From Azolla caroliniana (taxonomy: Eukaryota > Plantae > Polypodiophyta), in NCBI GenBank assembly GCA_043228905.1, contig JBHGNT010000015.1, positions 11,532,001 to 11,596,000 of the forward strand: DNA of 64,000 bases. The letters run 5' to 3'. The notes under the pieces are model-generated. The model made no database searches and was not told where the DNA came from. It saw only the letters and a list, made by a program, of their open reading frames with translations. Position numbers and translations under genes: made by a program. How positions within the stretch are numbered: the first letter of the stretch is position 1; every line of letters starts with the position of its first letter. Below, in pieces: positions 59,482-64,000 of the stretch.

Positions 59482-59605
59482 TGTAGGGACAAACCCTACG
59501 GGAAAAGAGAGACAGAGAGGGAAGGAGAGAGAATGTACCTTTCACTCGATTTAGGGCTTCAAAATCTACCTTCCGTTTGAGGAACCGTGGGGCAAAGATG
59601 GCTGC

Positions 59606-59630
59606 GGTTTAGGGTTTAGGGTTTAGGATT

Positions 59631-59633
<3 letters not shown>
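59606..59633. repeat. Short plant telomere-type repeat / telo-boxes at the LINE 5' end
   Basis: GG TTTAGGG TTTAGGG TTTAGGA TTTAG. Confidence 0.85.
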
Positions 59634-59690
<57 letters not shown>

Positions 59691-61199
59691 ACTAGAAATG
59701 GAAAGAGAGTTTATATTATAAGAGAGCAAGGATTACAAAGAGTAGGCTAAGGGGCTACAAACTAGTGTTGAACCGAATGAGTTCTGATGAATGAATAAAC
59801 ACCTATTTATAGGTCCTTATGGAGTATTCTAGAATGTTCTAGAATGTTTTAGATATTTATGATATTTAATATAATCATGGAATATCCTAGAATGTCCTAG
59901 AATACTTTACAATGTTCTGGAATACTCTAAATATCTTGTAATCATTAATACTACATTTATTATAACTATACATCATATATGTTATTATAATGGTTAAAGG
60001 TCTAACATATAGACCAAGACGTCTTGGGCTCGAATCCTTGTAAGCCCAAAATGTATGTCTTCATGACAAGCTCTACCCTCGGGAGTTTGATGTACGCAAT
60101 GGTGTGTACCCGACTGGATATCGAATATACAATCGGAGTGGTCAGCCGGTTCATGAGCAATCTGGGATGAGAATACTGGACCGTCGGCAAGTGGATACTG
60201 CGGACTTGAAAGGCACCTCGGGTATGTGTCTCCGATTCGGATCAGGCAAACCCCAACTTGAAGGATTCACATATTTGGATATGTCGGCTGATGTGGATAC
60301 CAGCCAGTCTACATCCGGATATCTCATGACTTATGCAAGGGGAGCCGTATTGTGGCAGTCGAGGCTATAGTAATTTGGATGAAGGATTTCATCGGAGAGC
60401 TAGGGATCCGACAGGAGGAATTCCGGCTCTACTGCAACAGTCAAAGTGCCATCCACTTCGCAAAGAATGCGACGTACCACTCCAGGACGAAGCACATCCA
60501 ACGTAGATACCACTGGCTTCGGGAGAGAGTAGAAGATCAGGACTTCACTCTGTTGAAGATCCACACGGAGGAGAACGTGCTGGACATGCTGACCAAATTG
60601 TTGTCAGTTGACAAGTTGGACGCATGCAGGAGATGGATTGGATTGACATGACATCCCATGCCGGAGTGAAGGTCCCTCCGGATAGGATTCGGTTGATATC
60701 CGGAAATCGGATCGGATGGATCTTGTATGAACCTGATCTAGGGATATATCTATAAATATGTTTTCTGATGTGCTTGTCATGGTCATATTTGTAAATATCC
60801 CTAAAGTCATATAAGGATAAATATGGTGTAGGGCAATCACTTTGTATGTTGTTGTCATTATTACTGTTGTATACACATAGAGAGAGATCTTAAGAGAGAG
60901 AGAGAGAGAGCGACATACAAAAATCTTTCTTGTTGTAACTGCCGGTTGGCGAAGACATAGGGCTCAAGGTCATTGCCTCTTAGTCTCACATTGTATCCTC
61001 TTCTTATAGTGATATTGGGGTCTATGGGCTCCCATGGTTTTTTTCCCTATTAAGGTTTTCTACGTTAATATCATGTGTCCTTTTTGTTGTTTGTGTAAGT
61101 GTATTAATCTTCATTTCTCTTTTCTTCCATAGAGTGTTTAAGGCGCGGTTGTGGCCGAGCACCATTTCCGCACAAAGACTATCCAATGAAGAATTTGCT

Positions 61200-61456
61200 C
61201 AAATGATTTCATTGAATATGCTCAAGAGTGGGATAACATACAAAGCTTTGATAAGGCCATTCAAAGCATTACAAAGACAACCAACTGCTTTGATGGGAAG
61301 GACGTCTCTTGTTATGTGGATGTATACAATGCAAAAATGTAGGAAACCTCCAAATGATGATGGATCATATTCTCAAGAAAGGAATAATAGGGTGAACCTT
61401 GATAAAACCATTGAAAGCATTATGAAGACGACCAACCGGTTTGATGGGAATGATAT
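61200..61456 (+). pseudogene. Two tandem gag N-terminal remnants related to ORF 11-1567
   Basis: Translations FDKAIQSITKTTNCFDGKDVSCY and LDKTIESIMKTTNRFDGND. Confidence 0.6.
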
Positions 61457-64000
61457 TGTTGAGAATCAAGCTCAACTTGGTCTAGTGTGTGAACTCACCT
61501 TGAGAGTGAATAGACACTCCAACGGTCAAGAGTCACCATTAAGTCACCTCTTTGTATTCTAGCATTTAGTATGAGTCATAGAATCATATTCTATGACACA
61601 TAACTTATGAGCTTTCACATTCCCCATGCTCCATGAGCCTTGTAGTTAATGAAGAGAGAGGATGACTACATAAAGCACCCTCCTCCCACCTTGTATAGTG
61701 TTGAGTCTTTCTCCTTTGTTAATATACTTAACCTTGCGTATTCTTTGTGTTTTACTCCTTGTCTCTCTCTCTCACACACACACATACACACACATAACTC
61801 ATATCTCTTCCGCTTCACAAGAATCCATCTCTTGATTCTTTACATGGTATCAGAACGATTTGGTAGCTCAATCTAGCCCATTCACGTCATTGTGATCGTG
61901 TGTTGTGCTCCACGCCGACGATCAAGAACCGCCTCATCGCTATCGTAGCTTCGCTACATAGCTCGCATTCGAAGAAAGAAGAAGAAGAGGAAGAATCAAC
62001 ATAATGAATACTCAAATGGGGAGCGCTCTCCCTACCGAGAAGTTGGATCGAAACGACTTCGCATCTTGGGAGTATAAGATGCACCAATACCTTGTCGGAC
62101 AAGGCTATTGGAGCTACATCAAAGGAGCGCATGAAGACAGACCCGCCGAAACGCCTCCCGGAGACGCGACATGGGAGCAAGCCGCAAGCCGCGTGATGTA
62201 TTGCTTGGCGACATGTGTTCACGACCACATGCTCGGTTACATTCGAGAAGCCAAGACGTCGAAGGAAGCGTAGGAAAATCTACGAAAGATTTTCGCCGCC
62301 AACACGACCGCGAGGAAGCTTCAACTCCGCCAAGAGTTGAACAACATTCAACAAAGGGACATGTCCATCATGACATACACCTTGAAGATCAAGGAGCTTT
62401 GCGACTCGCTCAGCTCAATAAGCGTAAGTATAGATGATGATGAGATGGTGCAAATATGCCTCGGCGGTCTCACACCACAGTTTGGCGCGATGCGAACCGC
62501 CGTTCTAGCACGGGAGAAATCTCCCTCCTTCTTCGAGCTCCAATCAATGCTATTGGTCGAAGAAAACCACGTGCGTACAAGGAGCAATGAGCCGGAAGGC
62601 CACATGATCTACACGCACTCTAACGGAGGAAGAGGACGCAGACGAGCGAGAGGCCGATTCGGCCAAGGACAAGGCAGACGAGGTCCGACCTACGACAACA
62701 ACTCCCAATTTTGGCTGCAAAACGGAAGCCAACGAGGAACCTTCGCAAGAAGGGGGAGCTTCCACTCCGGCCTGAGCTGTCAAAAAGCAACCGAATGCGG
62801 ATATTGTGGAAAGCTCGGCCACCATGAAGAAGAGTGCCGAAAGAAGATGCGTGAATTGGCTTCCACAAGCCGACAACTCACGAATTACGCACACAATTCC
62901 GACTACGAAGATTATAGCGGAATGTATGGGAACAAATCCGACTATGAAGATCGTGGCGGAATGTATGCGCACAACTCCGACCGTGGCGGAATGTTCATGA
63001 TGAAACATAGAGCAAACTCTATGTCGGCCTCTACCTCAACTAGTTCCTCTGGTCCGGAAGACGTATGGTTCGTCGATCTGGTGCCTCGAACCATATGACA
63101 TCGCATCAAGAATGGTTCCGAGAACTTCGAGAGCCGGACCGACCCGGCTATGTCGATACCGGAGACGACACTACGCACCCGATTCGGCACATCGGCAATG
63201 TTCCGTTCAGAAAAGAAGGTCAGAAAATTTACATTAAAAATGTCTTGCATTTATCGACCATTACAAAGAATTTGGTCTCTGTCGGCCAAATTGTAGAGCA
63301 AGGGATGCAAGTTCGATTTAATCAAGGCGGTTGCTTCATCGAAAAAGAGGGCCGACTCATCGCACGTGGACGAAGAGAGGGCCTGATGTTCATTCTCGAT
63401 TCACGCGAGGTGAAATCTGTCAAGTTCGCGAAAGGCACGAAAGCCGACTCCGACATAGAGTTATGGCACAAGCGGGCCATATAAATCTCCAAAAGCTCAA
63501 AGAAATGAAATCGAAAGGAGTTGTCCTCGGACTCCCAACATTCAAAGAGAAGGAGATTGAAGGTGTATGCGAAGCGTGCCAATTCGGCAAGCAACACCGA
63601 CACCCATTCCCGAAAGAGCGGAACATGAGCAAAGGTCTACTCGATGTAGTCCATTCTGATGTATGGGGACCGGCGCAGACGGCTACATTTAGCGGATGCC
63701 GATATTACGTGCTCTTCATCGACGACTTCTCCAGGCACACTTGGATCTACCCGATGCAGCAGAAGAGCGAAGTGTTCAGACACTTCCAAACTTTCAAGAA
63801 TGAAGTCGAGAAAGCCACGAGCCGACATGTATGTTGCCTTCGATCGGATGGCGGCAAGGAGTACTTCTCGGACGCCTTCACGGCGTATCTCCGAAAGGAA
63901 GGAATTCGGCGAGAATTCACTTGCCGACACACTCTGCAACAAAACGGGGTAACCGAGTGAAAAAATCGGCACATCCTCGAAGTAGCGCGAGCCATGATGA
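61457..64000 (+). mobile_element. Copia 5' part: LTR 61457-61844, PBS, disrupted gag-PR-INT; runs off the window
   Basis: TGTTGAGAATCAAGCTCAAC...TTACA then TGGTATCAGA. EKLDRNDFASWEYKM, CGYCGKLGHHEEEC, HSDVWGP and RSDGGKEY. Confidence 0.93.

Larger units (their letters stand above)
55163..59633 (-). mobile_element. Near full-length LINE (APE-RT-CCHC; RTEX/L1-like, clade uncertain) inserted in a (GA)n tract
   Basis: Two ORFs, a short (TCTA)n 3' tail, and (GA)6 and (GA)28 flanks where the partner LTR has (GA)12. Confidence 0.93.
50008..60068 (-). mobile_element. Full-length degenerate Tcn1-like chromovirus (3' LTR 50008-50471; 5' LTR 55098-60068 split by a LINE)
   Basis: TGTC..GACA ends, PPT GGAAAAGGGGGGA at about 50475-50487. 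Gag, PR, RT (YLDD), RH, INT and the chromodomain YEVAAILDS...YYLVDWLGY...TWEP are present. Imperfect TSD GCTTC/AGCTC. Confidence 0.94.
46411..61174 (+). mobile_element. Old full-length Copia (LTRs 46411-46926, ~60671-61174), host of a Gypsy and a LINE
   Basis: TSD AAGAT/AAGAC. PBS TGGTATCAGAGC at 46930. Broken gag-pol; RT KIPYAS|TLGSLMYAMV is split by the 50008-60068 insertion. The PPT and first LTR bases are deleted at about 60670. Confidence 0.93.

Noticed and set aside
59606-59633. Chromosome end or true interstitial telomere
   Set aside because: Only about four partly degenerate units, located at a LINE 5' end inside an LTR.

Overview
This is a eukaryotic, almost certainly plant, repeat-rich 64-kb window with no recognisable host gene. 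A non-seed land plant is plausible from the element lineages, but that is inference. Contents: (1) two near-identical intact Ty1/Copia elements with 1338-aa ORFs in opposite orientation (14158-19593 minus, 38994-44452 plus); (2) two three-level nests, Copia>Copia>Copia (9621-24760) and Copia>Gypsy>LINE (46411-61174); (3) two Tf1/sushi/Tcn1-like chromoviral Gypsy elements; (4) a near full-length LINE plus three decayed relatives; (5) two hAT-type MITEs, a solo LTR and many degenerate fragments. The best signals come from comparing the two Tcn1-like elements. Both lack a tRNA PBS and instead carry different but self-complementary 11-nt primer/PBS pairs at the same spacing from the TATA box. One also has a hairpin that could mask the 3' copy of its primer. 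Both share a covarying -1 frameshift pseudoknot. Other notable features: the LINE starts with telomere-type repeats, sits in a GA tract and has an AUG-less ORF2 in frame behind a single UAG; one Copia family carries a conserved 0.6-0.7 kb extension between two PPT-like motifs; two LTRs carry antisense tRNA-like Pol III boxes; and one LTR carries heat-shock element arrays. All comparisons were done by eye, and the ends of degenerate fragments are approximate.
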